Source: Trichormus sp. ATA11-4-KO1 (lineage in GTDB: Bacteria; Cyanobacteriota; Cyanobacteriia; Cyanobacteriales; Nostocaceae). From it: a stretch of DNA of 31,895 nucleotides. The translations under genes and the position numbers were made by a program. The notes under the pieces were generated by a model. The model was not told where the DNA came from. It searched no databases and saw only the letters and a list, made by a program, of their open reading frames with translations. Shown here in pieces: positions 8,945-20,052 of this stretch (position 1 is its first letter; every line of letters begins with the position of its first letter). The stretch lies in assembly GCA_019358915.1 (NCBI GenBank), contig JAHHIM010000044.1, positions 1 through 31,895 on the forward strand, in the 5' to 3' direction.

Positions 8945-10308
8945 TGATTACACAAATAGAATTAGAAAATTTTAAAGTTTTTAAAGAAAGAACATCTTTC
9001 CTATTAGGTCAAATAACTCTGTTAACAGGAATAAATGGATGTGGTAAGTCTACGCTTCTTCAATCTTTGCTATTAATGAGGCAATCTATTGAGCATAATG
9101 ATAGTGCATCTCAAATTGTATTAAATGGTAGTTGTGTCAACTTAGGTAGCTTTACAGATATTAAAAACAGTAGTATTTCCAGAAATGAATCAATCAAATT
9201 TATCTACCATTATGAAGATAAACATATTCTGAATCCTAATCAAGAAGATAATCTCAAGCTTCACGGCTACGCAGAATATGATTTTGAGGAAAATTTTGAA
9301 GATGATATGGTAGCTCAGATAAGCAATATTACTTTTTTTGATAAAGCTGTTATAGATACCAATAAAATCCAATCTAATTATGAATTTCAAGGAGTATACA
9401 AAAAGATTAAAGATTCAAATAATTTGAATATAAATAGATTTGATTTTAATGAAGGAAACCGAGGTGAATTACCAGGGCTAATACCGGAACGAAAAGGCTC
9501 TTGTGGTCTTTTAAATTTATTACCTTTCTATGGCGGGGGATATGATTTTAAAATTCCAGAAAAATACAGCCTCACATTGGATGTATATTCGCTGCATCAA
9601 TCTTTGCATTTTTATAAAATACATTACATTTCAGCAGACCGTTTAGGTCCACAAGAATCTTATTCTAAAGCTACTTTGAACAAATTTCCAAATGCAGGAG
9701 CCAAGGGAGAATTTACAGTTAACTTACTCTATAAAAAGAGAGATTATTTAATCAATGAAAAGTTATGTCTAGGTCAAGATGCCAAGACTTTATATACTCA
9801 AACAGAAGAATGGCTTAACGAAATTTTTAATGGAGCAAAGGTCGAAATCCCTAGTTCTGACAGTAATATACTCGAACTTTTATTTAATACGAGTAACTCA
9901 AAAGACCGTTTTAAACCAGCTAATGTTGGATTTGGGTATCATTGCATTTTGCCTATTGTTGTTTCAGGATTGATTGCTCAACCAGGTGAAATATTAATCG
10001 TAGAAAATCCTGAAGCGCATCTGCATCCAAGAGCGCAATCCCGATTAGCTCAATTTTTAGCCAGAGTTAGCAGTTGTGGGGTGCAAGTTTTTATTGAATC
10101 ACACAGCGACCACATCTTGAATGCCTTGCGAATAGCTGTTCTTGATAAAATTGTCACTCCAGAAGATTTAATTATATTATATTTCCAGCGAAATCCAGAA
10201 CAGCCAGTAGTGCAAATTCCCGTTCAACCAAACGGAGGAATTGAAGAATGGCCAGAAGGATTTTTTGACCAAATGGATAAAGATTTCTCTCGGCTTTTTG
10301 GAATGTAA
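8944..10308 (+). CDS. ABC/AAA_21-type ATPase with DUF3696-like C-terminus, Menshen NsnB-like
   Basis: Walker A GINGCGKS, signature-like NVGFG, Walker B IVENPEAHLHP, H-loop ESHSDH, C-terminal WPEGFFDQ. Confidence 0.88.
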   Translation: MITQIELENFKVFKERTSFLLGQITLLTGINGCGKSTLLQSLLLMRQSIEHNDSASQIVLNGSCVNLGSFTDIKNSSISRNESIKFIYHYEDKHILNPNQEDNLKLHGYAEYDFEENFEDDMVAQISNITFFDKAVIDTNKIQSNYEFQGVYKKIKDSNNLNINRFDFNEGNRGELPGLIPERKGSCGLLNLLPFYGGGYDFKIPEKYSLTLDVYSLHQSLHFYKIHYISADRLGPQESYSKATLNKFPNAGAKGEFTVNLLYKKRDYLINEKLCLGQDAKTLYTQTEEWLNEIFNGAKVEIPSSDSNILELLFNTSNSKDRFKPANVGFGYHCILPIVVSGLIAQPGEILIVENPEAHLHPRAQSRLAQFLARVSSCGVQVFIESHSDHILNALRIAVLDKIVTPEDLIILYFQRNPEQPVVQIPVQPNGGIEEWPEGFFDQMDKDFSRLFGM

Positions 10309-10311
10309 GTA

Positions 10312-11169
10312 ATGGAAATATTTATTAACGAAGTATCCCTAGAAGGACAGTTTATGACAGAGGCAGAATTCCGGGATGCTATAAAAATTTTTAACTCTAT
10401 TTTTGAATTAATCAATCAAAAAATTAAAGATAGAGAACTTTATAAAGAAGATAACAATATATATGCTAAATATGAAGCAATCAAAGGAGATAGTTTCAAT
10501 GCTAGTCTTAATCAACTGAAAGATAAATCCTTGAAAACGGCTTTTATTAATATCGTCTTCAATAAGTCAAATCCCAAACAATGGCGTACAGAGCAGTTGC
10601 ATTCTTCAGAAGATTTATTTGATTGCTTAACTATTGACAAGGATTATAAAAATGTCTGTGACACTTCTTTGGCGGAAGTAACTGAACGAAAAATTCAAAA
10701 CGAAAACAAGGCATACTTGTTAGTTAATTTTATTAATTCTAGTTTTAAAATCACTCACCCCCATATTATTAACTGTTGTTTAATTACAATTATTAAAAAT
10801 AATGTGGAAGATAATCAGATATGTATAGATGGTGTTGATAGTAAATTAGCACTGGAATATTGGTTAGAAAATAAATTAAATCTAAGCTCACTAGAATATT
10901 CTTTAGATGTTACTGAACCTCCAAGAGATGAACAAACAATTTTCCGAGACACTACAATATTTCAAAAAACTTCACGAAAGTATGATGGCAGATGTATTTA
11001 TTGTGAATTATCTACAGGAATGTATTGGTATGTAGATAATTTACATTATGGTAAAGCTGCTCACTTAGAAGTTTTTGATAAAAGAGGATATCATATTGGG
11101 GAAGCTGACTTACAAGGAAACATTGATACTAGCAAAAAAGATAAAAACAAAACTATTAATTTGTCCTGA
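10312..11169 (+). CDS. Putative effector with C-terminal colicin-E3-like RNase motif, Menshen NsnC-like
   Basis: Starts 3 bp after the ATPase. C-terminal YWYVDNLHYGKAAHLEVFDKRGYHIGEADLQG resembles the colicin E3 cytotoxic pattern (D..H..E...G.H.G..D). Confidence 0.65.
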   Translation: MEIFINEVSLEGQFMTEAEFRDAIKIFNSIFELINQKIKDRELYKEDNNIYAKYEAIKGDSFNASLNQLKDKSLKTAFINIVFNKSNPKQWRTEQLHSSEDLFDCLTIDKDYKNVCDTSLAEVTERKIQNENKAYLLVNFINSSFKITHPHIINCCLITIIKNNVEDNQICIDGVDSKLALEYWLENKLNLSSLEYSLDVTEPPRDEQTIFRDTTIFQKTSRKYDGRCIYCELSTGMYWYVDNLHYGKAAHLEVFDKRGYHIGEADLQGNIDTSKKDKNKTINLS

Positions 11170-11202
11170 TAAATGCTTACTTCTCAGCTATTGACTTTAA
11201 GA

Positions 11203-14200
11203 TCACTGCACTGTCTCCCTGACTCGTAACCGCACCCCAAACCCCTGTGGATACCTCTGCATCCCCTCCACCACTGGATAAACTTGCAAAAACCCAACTT
11301 CCATTGGTTCCACTGCCAAACTCAACATTGCTGACTTTAAATCCCCCCGTGCATCAGGACGCGCTATCAGCGAAACCGAAGCACCTTGCTTAAACGCCTC
11401 CTCCACCTGTTTGCGCCAGTCGGGTTCATCCAGCCAAACTGTACGATCGCCTACTTGCAAAACATCCAGTAAAATTTCTCTATCAGCATCGGGAATCACA
11501 ACAAAGGGATTATAGGAAGATAAGGCACGCGATCGCACTATATTTCCCCTTGCCCACAACAGTCCATAAATCACTTGAAATCGCCAATAGGGATTAGGCT
11601 GCAATAAACCAAGATGCGACAACGCCTGATCCAATTGGTCATTATTACTAACTACATAGGCAAAAACCCGCCCATCAATTTCGATACCTAAGCGTTGTTC
11701 TTCTGTATGCCACAAACTAATTAAATTCAACAGCAGTTGATCTGTTTCGCAGTTACTCCCTGGACGCAAAACCCGTGCATTAATTGCAGTTATCACTGGG
11801 TGTATTGCCAAAATTCCCGCAGAAGATAGGACTTGACGCAGGCGATCGCTTGCCTGTTTTAATTCATTATGCCCCTGTGTTAACCTCACCTCTGCCATTG
11901 CATCAGCAACTTCCACACTGGTTTGGGTTAACTCCAGTAACCGAGTCAGTTCTGAATCCACAATCTCAAAATCCGAAGCTGCCAACGCACTCCCCGCCAA
12001 CCGGAAAAAATTCGCTGGGTCAGCTGCATAACGCCGTAAAATCTCCTCAATCACCCCACCACCGCCAATGGTAGACTCAGTAATCCAGATTTCTTCGCCC
12101 TCACTCTCAACATTTACATCTTCTGGACGCGGCCCCGGATCAATATCTAAAATCAAGTCCCCCACATCAAAATGAGGGCATAACTGATTGCAAGCATCCA
12201 GCAAAGCCCCTCCCAAAGTTGCTTTGAACCGTAATGCTGCCCAAGTGTGCCACTCCTCATCCGGTTCTGACCAGAGAACTGATGCCAAGTCGTTTAAAAT
12301 AATTTGAATTGTGTCCGTCCTGCAAAGTGCCAGCAATCTGTCATGTACCCTCTGCCTTTCTTGTATCTGGTCTGGTAACGACTCCTCGCCGTCCTCAAGT
12401 AAGGTTTCCTTGACATCCAATGTTTGGAAGATATTGTCTAAAACCCTTGCCATTTCCTGACCTATATCTTCTCCTAAAAGAACCTTAAACGCTTCAGCCA
12501 AAGAAATTTTGTCTGTTAAGGCACGGGCAGTGAGCATTGATATATATATTTGATAAAGCCACTCCCGTTGAAAGACATTGGTTAACTCGCACAACCTGAT
12601 ATCTGTCAATACTCGATGTCGGAAATAAGCTGTCCGAAAGGCGCGAACCTTATTTTGATTGGAGTCACTGGGATTGATACGGAAATGAGACGGGATGCAA
12701 AAACGAAATACCAAACCGTCAACGGATTGGGCGAATCCGACGGCAGCCGGACTACCGTCCAGTTTCTGTGTAAAGTGAATGGTGGTGTCAAGTTCCTGTC
12801 CATTGTCGAAGCGGATGTTAGCATGGGATGCTATGGCAAACCGCCGCACCTCTACTGGTGATTGTTGACTGTGGGTAAAGCAACAAACTTCTGTAATAAT
12901 TTCGCACCACGGCGAACCTTGAGGTAAGTCGAGTTTTGTGCCAGATTCCGGTGGTATGATTTGACTACGCCATTCTAATTGAGCATTAGATGTAATTGAA
13001 ACGTTTGCTGGTACTTGAGTTGGGTTAATCGCCCAAGAACGAATGCAGCGAATATCTATAACCTCTTCATTTTGCCAAAACTGAAAATTCCCCGCCTCTT
13101 CAAATTCAGCACAATAGTCTTCTACGGGTAAGTATTGTTCGCTTTGTTGCAAGTTAGGTGGGGCAATCCAGTGAGTTGCATAGATATGCTGCACTCCAAA
13201 ACGGCGCGTTGCCCTGCCTGGGGTAAAAGTTTTCAGGGCTTGGACGATGGGCATGGAGTTGACATCTGGTTCACTGTTACGCGTCTGCGCTGGTGTAGTA
13301 ATTGTTACTTCTGGTAACAGCAGGTCACTAAATAAATTCGGGGGGACAAAATCCGGTAATGGGTCGTAAGTTTGGTAGTCTTGGTCTGACTCATCTGGAT
13401 GAATAGGAAGACGCTTCCATCCAGATTCTAACCGCCGTAGCAAAGTGGGAAGTACCGCCATCATTAATGACCTTGGCGGTTCCCAGAGAATTGCTTCGAC
13501 CTCATCTTGAGTGAGGTGTAGTGCTGTTTGCAGATATGCAGCTAAGTTTTGTTCCCCAGCTTCCGTTTCCAGAATGTTTTTAATCAGTTTTATCTCTTGT
13601 TGCTGGCGGTTATTTGAGTATGAAAGCGATGAAGACGATTTGGCAAAGTCATTCCATACACTTCCTTTGCTAGCAGTAGCTAATTGCTGTGCTACCCAAT
13701 CTATGAAGGCGAATACAGCTTGAATGCGGATAACATAGCGGTTAGCAATAGGTAGAGAACGCTTTTCTAAAACGGGGTTAAACAGCATATCGTAGCCTTG
13801 ATAGGCAATGCGATCGCGTCCGTAATCAGAAAGTACCACCACCGTCCAAGGTCGCATAGTTCTGCGTCGTCCCGCCCGCCCTTTACGCTGGAGGAAAGAT
13901 GCCATATCTCGCGGTGCTTTGTGCTGAATTACACCTCCAACTTCTGGGTCATTAAATCCTACTTCCAGGGAAGCAGTAGCAACAATGACATCTGCATCTG
14001 GCGTAACTCCGGTATCTTGGGAACTGGTGCGCCCAATGGTTAAAGGAAGTTGCAAGCCGTGACCGATTTCTTCGCATAAATACCAAGATTGACCAGCAAT
14101 CAGCCGTTCTCTGGTATCGGCTGCACCATGCGATCGCAAAGCTGCTAATGGTTGTCTTCCCCGCAAGGGACGACCCCAACTATCCCGACCTTCAGCATCC

Positions 14201-14890
14201 AAAAGGTTGTGGAATAAGCGATTTGTAACATCTAAATCATCGGTAAAGGCGAAAACACGAGAACCATAAAAACCTTTGCTGGGGGGTTCGTCAGCCGGGT
14301 CTAGTATGCGCCGTAACAACATCGCCGTTTGAATGCTGGTAGACAATAGACTTGTCCCTGATACGGGGTCGCCTCTAAGAACTAATTGATACTCCATCCC
14401 CAAGTTGAACTTCACCACGCGGTGGTGAATTAAGGATAGCTGCAACAGCTTTTTGTCGGATCGGAGTTAATAGTTTATCTGCCTCTAGCTGTTCAATTAC
14501 TGTTTCAGGTGTAATATACCTTTGAGGATAAACTCTGGGACGGATTTGTAAGCGGTAGTCAGCCACTAAAGTAGGCGCAGTTTGCCAATGATTTTTAGGA
14601 AATAATTGACGAAGCCGCGCAAATAATCTTACAGCTTCTGCCATTCTGGTGCGGAAAAGGCGACGACCTCTAAGGTTAAATTCAAATAGTAATCGCCGTT
14701 CCAGCATTTCATGAATTAAATCCCACATCTCGACATCAGACTCATAATTATTCAGCAAGTCTGCTGCCATTTCTGCAATTTCTTCCTCTACAAATCCTCC
14801 ATCCACAATTCCCCAGGTGAGGAGTGTTATTTCCTTAATCTCTAGCAAATTTAGGAATTGTTGAATTAAGGAATTTATCGAGGCATTCAT
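11203..14890 (-). pseudogene. dpdJ: DpdJ helicase split by an internal deletion/frameshift at about 14400
   Basis: N-terminal ORF 14375-14890 (LLTWGIVDGGF, LVADYRLQIRPRVYP) and C-terminal frame 11203 to about 14400 (LRGDPVSGTSLLST, FTDDLDVTNRL, ATASLEVG, QRKGRAGR). Neither piece has Walker A or DExH. Confidence 0.82.
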
Positions 14891-14918
14891 AAATATAACA
14901 ATATAGATAATTAAAAGA

Positions 14919-14969
14919 TTGTAGTAAGGACTTGAGTCCTAATAAAATAACTATAACCGCTTACTACAA
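14919..14969. repeat. GTAG-type REP-like inverted repeat
   Basis: TTGTAGTAAG (14919-14928) and CTTACTACAA (14960-14969) form a perfect 10-bp inverted repeat, with an inner palindrome AGGACT-TG-AGTCCT (14927-14940). Confidence 0.6.
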
Positions 14970-15111
14970 ATTAAATTGTTAACATAATTTGATTTATTTC
15001 TCCCAACTTACGTATCATTCTTAATTTATCAAGGTAGATAATGAACTGATTTCTCCTAGCAAATTTATGAAAATCTGCAAAAACACACGTTTATCATTAG
15101 TCTTTTTATAT

Positions 15112-15205
15112 TAGGACTTACGCACGATGTTACCGAAACCCTGATTATTGCGTAGTATTAACTCATGAATTACCAACACTTTAGTTATGTTTTGCGTAAG
15201 TCCTG
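15112..15205. mobile_element. 94-bp MITE with 13-bp terminal repeats and a 5-bp target duplication
   Basis: TAGGACTTACGCA (15112-15124) and TGCGTAAGTCCTG (15193-15205) match 12/13; flanked by TATAT at 15107-15111 and 15206-15210. Confidence 0.88.
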
Positions 15206-15233
15206 TATATCTGAAACAGATTGTAACTATCAT

Positions 15234-16028
15234 TTAATTCAAGCGAATACGTAAGGAGCTAATGAGTCTATGTTGAATTAGCCATTCTTTTACTTCTGGA
15301 GTTAAAAGGTCAATAGTTGCTCCTTGAGTAGCAGCAGTTTTGAGAAAATTTTGTACATCTTCAGGTATTTGGTCTGAATTTAGACTATCTACACATAGCC
15401 GTAATTCGTTAATTAAATTATCTATTCTGTCAAATTCTTCACTATTTTTGGGAAACTCAACTTCTTGTATTTGTTTATCTAAAGTATAAATTTTATGAAT
15501 AGTTGACCTAAGTGTTACCACTTCAGCAAATATTTCCAGCATTTCTTTCTTAGTGCTGGGTAAATACTGATTAAGATAACTTTTCCAAGCTTGTATCAAA
15601 CTCTGGTGAAGTGAGTTTTTCAAGCTTACTATATCTCTACTAAAAGTCTTACCATTGAATTTATTATTATCAATAATCGATTCAGGATCATTTCGGAAAT
15701 TGTCTTCAGCAATCTTAACAAAATTTAACAATTTATCTAATTTTTGATTTACATCAAAATTGATAATATTTTTTTGCTTAAAAGCTCTCACCGCAATCAT
15801 AAGAGGCTTAATTTCTTGAACAGCTTTTGTAATTTCTTCTTGTCGTGATGTAAAGCCATCAAGTTGGTCAGCATACTTTTTTAAATCCAATTTAATTTTA
15901 GATAAATCAATGAGGTGTTGACATTTATCCTTTAAAGATTCACGATTATCCTGAGAAATTTGATTAACAGAATTAACAGGTTCGATATTTAAATTTAAAT
16001 TGTTACTGCTATCTAATATATCTATCAT
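15234..16028 (-). CDS. dpdI: DpdI-like coiled-coil protein
   Basis: Position between dpdH and dpdJ, 264 aa, C-terminal PEDVQNFLKTAATQGATIDLLTPEVKEWL. Confidence 0.65.
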   Translation of the reverse strand: MIDILDSSNNLNLNIEPVNSVNQISQDNRESLKDKCQHLIDLSKIKLDLKKYADQLDGFTSRQEEITKAVQEIKPLMIAVRAFKQKNIINFDVNQKLDKLLNFVKIAEDNFRNDPESIIDNNKFNGKTFSRDIVSLKNSLHQSLIQAWKSYLNQYLPSTKKEMLEIFAEVVTLRSTIHKIYTLDKQIQEVEFPKNSEEFDRIDNLINELRLCVDSLNSDQIPEDVQNFLKTAATQGATIDLLTPEVKEWLIQHRLISSLRIRLN

Positions 16029-16054
16029 TTCATCCTCCCCAATTAATCGTTTGT

Positions 16055-19000
16055 TTACCCTTGAATTTCAGTGAGCAAGCTACGCAATTCTACTAAACCA
16101 TCCTGAATTGCTTGATGGCTTGATTCAACTGTCGCACCGCCAGATGTTTTTAAATCATTTATCTCTTTATTTACTGCGTCGAGAGAAGCATCAAGAAAAT
16201 TACTTGTATTCTTGAGGAATTCTGTAGCATCTGTCATAGCTTTTTGATAATTTTCGCTTAAATAATGAAGCAGTTTACCTGTTTTAGCTTCAGGATTTTC
16301 TTGCTCTATTTGGACACGTTTCATTGTTTCTACATAGCTAGTAAATCTAGTACGGTTAAACTGTTCTAAGAGTGAGGTAAGGTCATCAAAGTTCTTCCGC
16401 CCACGAAATACACCTGCTCCTCTGGCTGCTTCCATTGCCTGTTTTACAATGTAGACTACATCTTTTTTCTTAATATCTTCTCCTAATTCATATACCAGAG
16501 AATGGTACACAGAAAGCTGGCGCTCGCTCTCTTCCTGAAGTGCTTTGTCTAACAATTCATCTACTTGTTGACGTACCTTACATAATTCTGTAAATTTATC
16601 GCGCACATCTTCAGGAATTTGATATTGAGGTTGCCAAGATTTACGGGTTTGTTCTAAAGGTTGTATAATTTGAGCCGCATCAATGATTTGAAATGTAGAG
16701 TTACTTCCTTTAGTGCAAGCAATTCTACTTTTGAGAATTTCTAATAATGCTTTCTGATTTTTCGTAAAGACATTAAAAAGCTGTTCCCAAGCTTTCGCAC
16801 GAGTTATATTTTCATTGTTAGGTAGGTCAATAAATAAAGCATTAATCAAATTTTCGAGCGTATTAGTAGAATACCCCGCCATTGTCGCTGCGATCGCCAA
16901 TAACTCCACCGTTGCTGGTACTGGGTTCCAGGGTTCTCCAGATTCACGGGGATAAAGGCAAATTTGCTCTAAGACGTACTCACTCCAACGTTCTAAATAC
17001 TTGGCATAGGTGCGAAAATAGCGATCGCCATCAGGGAATTTCCAATGCTTATAATGGTTGTACAATAAAATACCTTGAAATGCGAATGCAGTTTCTTTAA
17101 ACTCATTCGAGTCGCTTGGGTTTAGGGGAAGTGATAAAACTACCCCAGAATAAGTCCCTCTCTTGACTTTTGGATTGTAAAAAATTACATTCCTTTGCTG
17201 GAACAATCTACCACCACTACCGACAAAATTACCTTTCAGCAGCATTTCTGTATCCCATTCAATTTTTTGGGTAATAGCTGGAAAGACAAACTCACGAATA
17301 TCTTTAGCGATGTTGTCAGGAAGGATTTCTTGATTATTCCAACTGTCGAGATCCTTTATTTTTTTGCTCAGTGTCTCTGGTAGTTCTTGTACCGTTACCG
17401 GAGGTTCACTATCAGGTTCAGAACGAGGCTTGTATGATGTTGCAGAAGCAGCAGCGCGTGGTGTACCAGGATTAATTTCTGTTTGATGAATCTTGACACC
17501 TAATGGGGGTAAATTAAAAGCTGTATGAACTTCTGTAGGTAAGTCGCAAAGTTCATTACTATTAGTCCAAAGGTCTAGGAGAATTTCACGACGATCAAAG
17601 TTTTGCTGGTCTTTAGCTTTAATATCTAGCTGTACTTTAGCACTCAGCCTCATTTTACCAAAATGTTGTCGTAGAGTTACTGAGGGAAACTGCCTATTTT
17701 GAATATCGTCAACCGAATTTTCTAAAGTGTACTTAACAACATCTTTAATTAAAATTCTTGGATTAAAATCGCTAGGGTTAACTCTACTAAACATCTGTAT
17801 TAAAGCGTTAGGTGTGAATGGATAAAGTCCTATTCCATTAACAGCACCAAATCCAGCATGACAAGCTTGACGGTATTCACACTCTGTACAAGAGCTTATC
17901 AGGGATTCTCTTTGAAAATCCTCTTGATTATGAGAATTTGCCCAATCCTCAATCACCTGTTCTTCTAAACGCACAGCGTTTAAATATCTAGTAACAAATG
18001 CTTCAATATCAGCCTGAGTAATTAAAGATTGTTCACCAACTTTACCAATATCTAAGTTAACGTTAAAAGTGACACGTTGTTGTACTGTATCAATTAAACT
18101 TTCAAAATAACCCGTAGTACAAGCTAGTGCAGTGCGTATAGCACATAATGGTTTGCTTCCTGGTTGTTGAGGTCTTGCCAGGACAGCTTCTAATAATTCT
18201 CTATCAATACCTTGCAATTTAGCAAAATCTTCTATAAGTAAAACTAACTCAATGCCCTGTTCTGCTAAAGTCTCACGGACTTCCTTCATTAATCTTTGTA
18301 AATCTTCTCGTCCCAAGTTTAACACTTGGGTAATGGCTTCATCTAGATGCAGATTCAACCAATCAACAGTGGCTTTTTGAATATTATCATCACCAATGAG
18401 AAGACTGTAAAATTCTTGAGCTTGTTTGCCTGCTTTTGGTAAATTTAAAACATTAAGAGGTAAGTCATCTATAGAAAATTTACGCCGTTCTTCAATAATT
18501 TCTACCTTATCTTGATATCCTAAAATATGAATAACTAAGCGATGAATAATACCGCCATCTTGAAGCCAATATTCTCGGAAGAAAGGGTCATATAATAGAG
18601 AATCTAGTTCATCAACGAGGTAATTTTGCTCATCAGTGAGTTTAGAGCGATCGCGCCTACCATTATCACCGACTGCTGCGGCTAATTGATTGAGTAATTG
18701 TACACGCGCTTGAGTTTCAGTTAAAGTATTGGTTGCTCGATTTACATGTTGACGATATTCCTCAAACTTCTCGCCTTCTATCCCTTTAAGAATCAGAGTG
18801 ATAATATCTTTTAAGTTAGTTCCAATTTTAGGAATTAGTAATACCTTACGCTGAGGTATAGATTTGATATTAGCTGCTAACCAACGAATAAGGTGAGATT
18901 TTCCTGTTCCAGAACCGCCTAAAACAGGCACAAAAGCAAAATCTTTTTCAGCTAGAAAATCTCTGAGAAATTTCTCTTCATCATATTCAACCCGTGATGA

Positions 19001-19141
19001 TGCTTTAATCAATTCTTGACGATACATCGCCACTGGATGATGTGTTGCTAGAAACAAATGATTTGGAGGTTGAGTTGCTTCTACATCCATCACCCGGCGA
19101 ATCATATTAGGCTTCCAGCAAACAAAATTTTTAAAAGTCAT
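16055..19141 (-). CDS. dpdH: DpdH P-loop ATPase
   Basis: N-terminal LFLATHHP, Walker A GGSGTGKSH, Walker B LLIEDF, CxxC and LYPFT; ATGA overlap with dpdG. Confidence 0.85.
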   Translation of the reverse strand: MTFKNFVCWKPNMIRRVMDVEATQPPNHLFLATHHPVAMYRQELIKASSRVEYDEEKFLRDFLAEKDFAFVPVLGGSGTGKSHLIRWLAANIKSIPQRKVLLIPKIGTNLKDIITLILKGIEGEKFEEYRQHVNRATNTLTETQARVQLLNQLAAAVGDNGRRDRSKLTDEQNYLVDELDSLLYDPFFREYWLQDGGIIHRLVIHILGYQDKVEIIEERRKFSIDDLPLNVLNLPKAGKQAQEFYSLLIGDDNIQKATVDWLNLHLDEAITQVLNLGREDLQRLMKEVRETLAEQGIELVLLIEDFAKLQGIDRELLEAVLARPQQPGSKPLCAIRTALACTTGYFESLIDTVQQRVTFNVNLDIGKVGEQSLITQADIEAFVTRYLNAVRLEEQVIEDWANSHNQEDFQRESLISSCTECEYRQACHAGFGAVNGIGLYPFTPNALIQMFSRVNPSDFNPRILIKDVVKYTLENSVDDIQNRQFPSVTLRQHFGKMRLSAKVQLDIKAKDQQNFDRREILLDLWTNSNELCDLPTEVHTAFNLPPLGVKIHQTEINPGTPRAAASATSYKPRSEPDSEPPVTVQELPETLSKKIKDLDSWNNQEILPDNIAKDIREFVFPAITQKIEWDTEMLLKGNFVGSGGRLFQQRNVIFYNPKVKRGTYSGVVLSLPLNPSDSNEFKETAFAFQGILLYNHYKHWKFPDGDRYFRTYAKYLERWSEYVLEQICLYPRESGEPWNPVPATVELLAIAATMAGYSTNTLENLINALFIDLPNNENITRAKAWEQLFNVFTKNQKALLEILKSRIACTKGSNSTFQIIDAAQIIQPLEQTRKSWQPQYQIPEDVRDKFTELCKVRQQVDELLDKALQEESERQLSVYHSLVYELGEDIKKKDVVYIVKQAMEAARGAGVFRGRKNFDDLTSLLEQFNRTRFTSYVETMKRVQIEQENPEAKTGKLLHYLSENYQKAMTDATEFLKNTSNFLDASLDAVNKEINDLKTSGGATVESSHQAIQDGLVELRSLLTEIQG

Positions 19142-20052
19142 GATTTTTCTCCTTGCCAGATAATATGAGAAATTCGCCCATCATCATCAACTTGATTATT
19201 TACTTTGGGCAAAAGCATCAAATCTGCATCTGATTTCCTCAGTAGCTTGATATAACCTTCATCTTGAAGCCTAAATAATGCAAAAGCTGTACTTGTAGAA
19301 AGATAATTAGGCTGACGAAGAACAACTTGTGATTCAACTTCTTCCCTAAATTTACCTGTTTCAAACAAAGGACATTTTCTTGCCAAGCGAGTAATAAAAT
19401 CTGTCAGTAAAATTTCTTGCTCCTCATAAAATATGTCTTTAAGATTACGTTTGATATAAGCAGTTGGATCAGGTACAGTTACTCTTTTTACTCTGGCATT
19501 AGAGTCGGTAATAGTAGCTAGTTTTACCCCTAATGCGTGTCCCCAAGCTAAACCTAAATAACACATCCAGTCATCCAATTGACCATGAAGTACGTTATTT
19601 GACATTTTCAAAAAATCACCGACTTTCTGTCTGTCTACTTGCCGTTCTACTTCTTCCCAATTTCCTGGCGCATCATAAATATCCTGTGCTAAATACCAAG
19701 CACAAACACGACCAAAGTCTTCTTCATCTTCGTTATTGGAAGCAAAGAATAGTTCAGCCAGAGTATCAGGTAATAATTTGTCGCCAAGTTGGGGATTAAG
19801 AGCATTTTCTGGCAAATCTGAGTTAATGGCAATTTCTTCGTCTTCTTTGACTAAAATACCAACTTTCACCATCTCATTAATTGTTGCACGCAGCATTGGA
19901 CGTGGGGAAGGAGCATTTTTTACCAGTTCATCAGGAGATAAAATCTTTTCTAAGACTTCTGTTTTCTCTCGTTGATTTTTTGTAGACAACAAATATCTAA
20001 AAACCCCTCTAACTCTGCTGGGTGTTGCAAAAGGTTGTTTTAAAACACTCAT
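19138..20052 (-). CDS. dpdG: DpdG-like protein
   Basis: 304 aa translationally coupled between dpdF and dpdH; WMCYLG, VPDPT, CPLFETG, SDAD. Confidence 0.75.
   Translation of the reverse strand: MSVLKQPFATPSRVRGVFRYLLSTKNQREKTEVLEKILSPDELVKNAPSPRPMLRATINEMVKVGILVKEDEEIAINSDLPENALNPQLGDKLLPDTLAELFFASNNEDEEDFGRVCAWYLAQDIYDAPGNWEEVERQVDRQKVGDFLKMSNNVLHGQLDDWMCYLGLAWGHALGVKLATITDSNARVKRVTVPDPTAYIKRNLKDIFYEEQEILLTDFITRLARKCPLFETGKFREEVESQVVLRQPNYLSTSTAFALFRLQDEGYIKLLRKSDADLMLLPKVNNQVDDDGRISHIIWQGEKS

Noticed and set aside
7300..11200. Absence of HIP1 as proof that the cassette is foreign
   Set aside because: A gap at least as long also occurs within dpdE-dpdG, so the signal is weak.
14375..14445. 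Programmed frameshift joining the dpdJ halves, or a genuine start at 14445
   Set aside because: No slippery sequence is evident, essential helicase motifs would still be missing, and the first ~15 codons are just the alternative frame of the upstream fragment.
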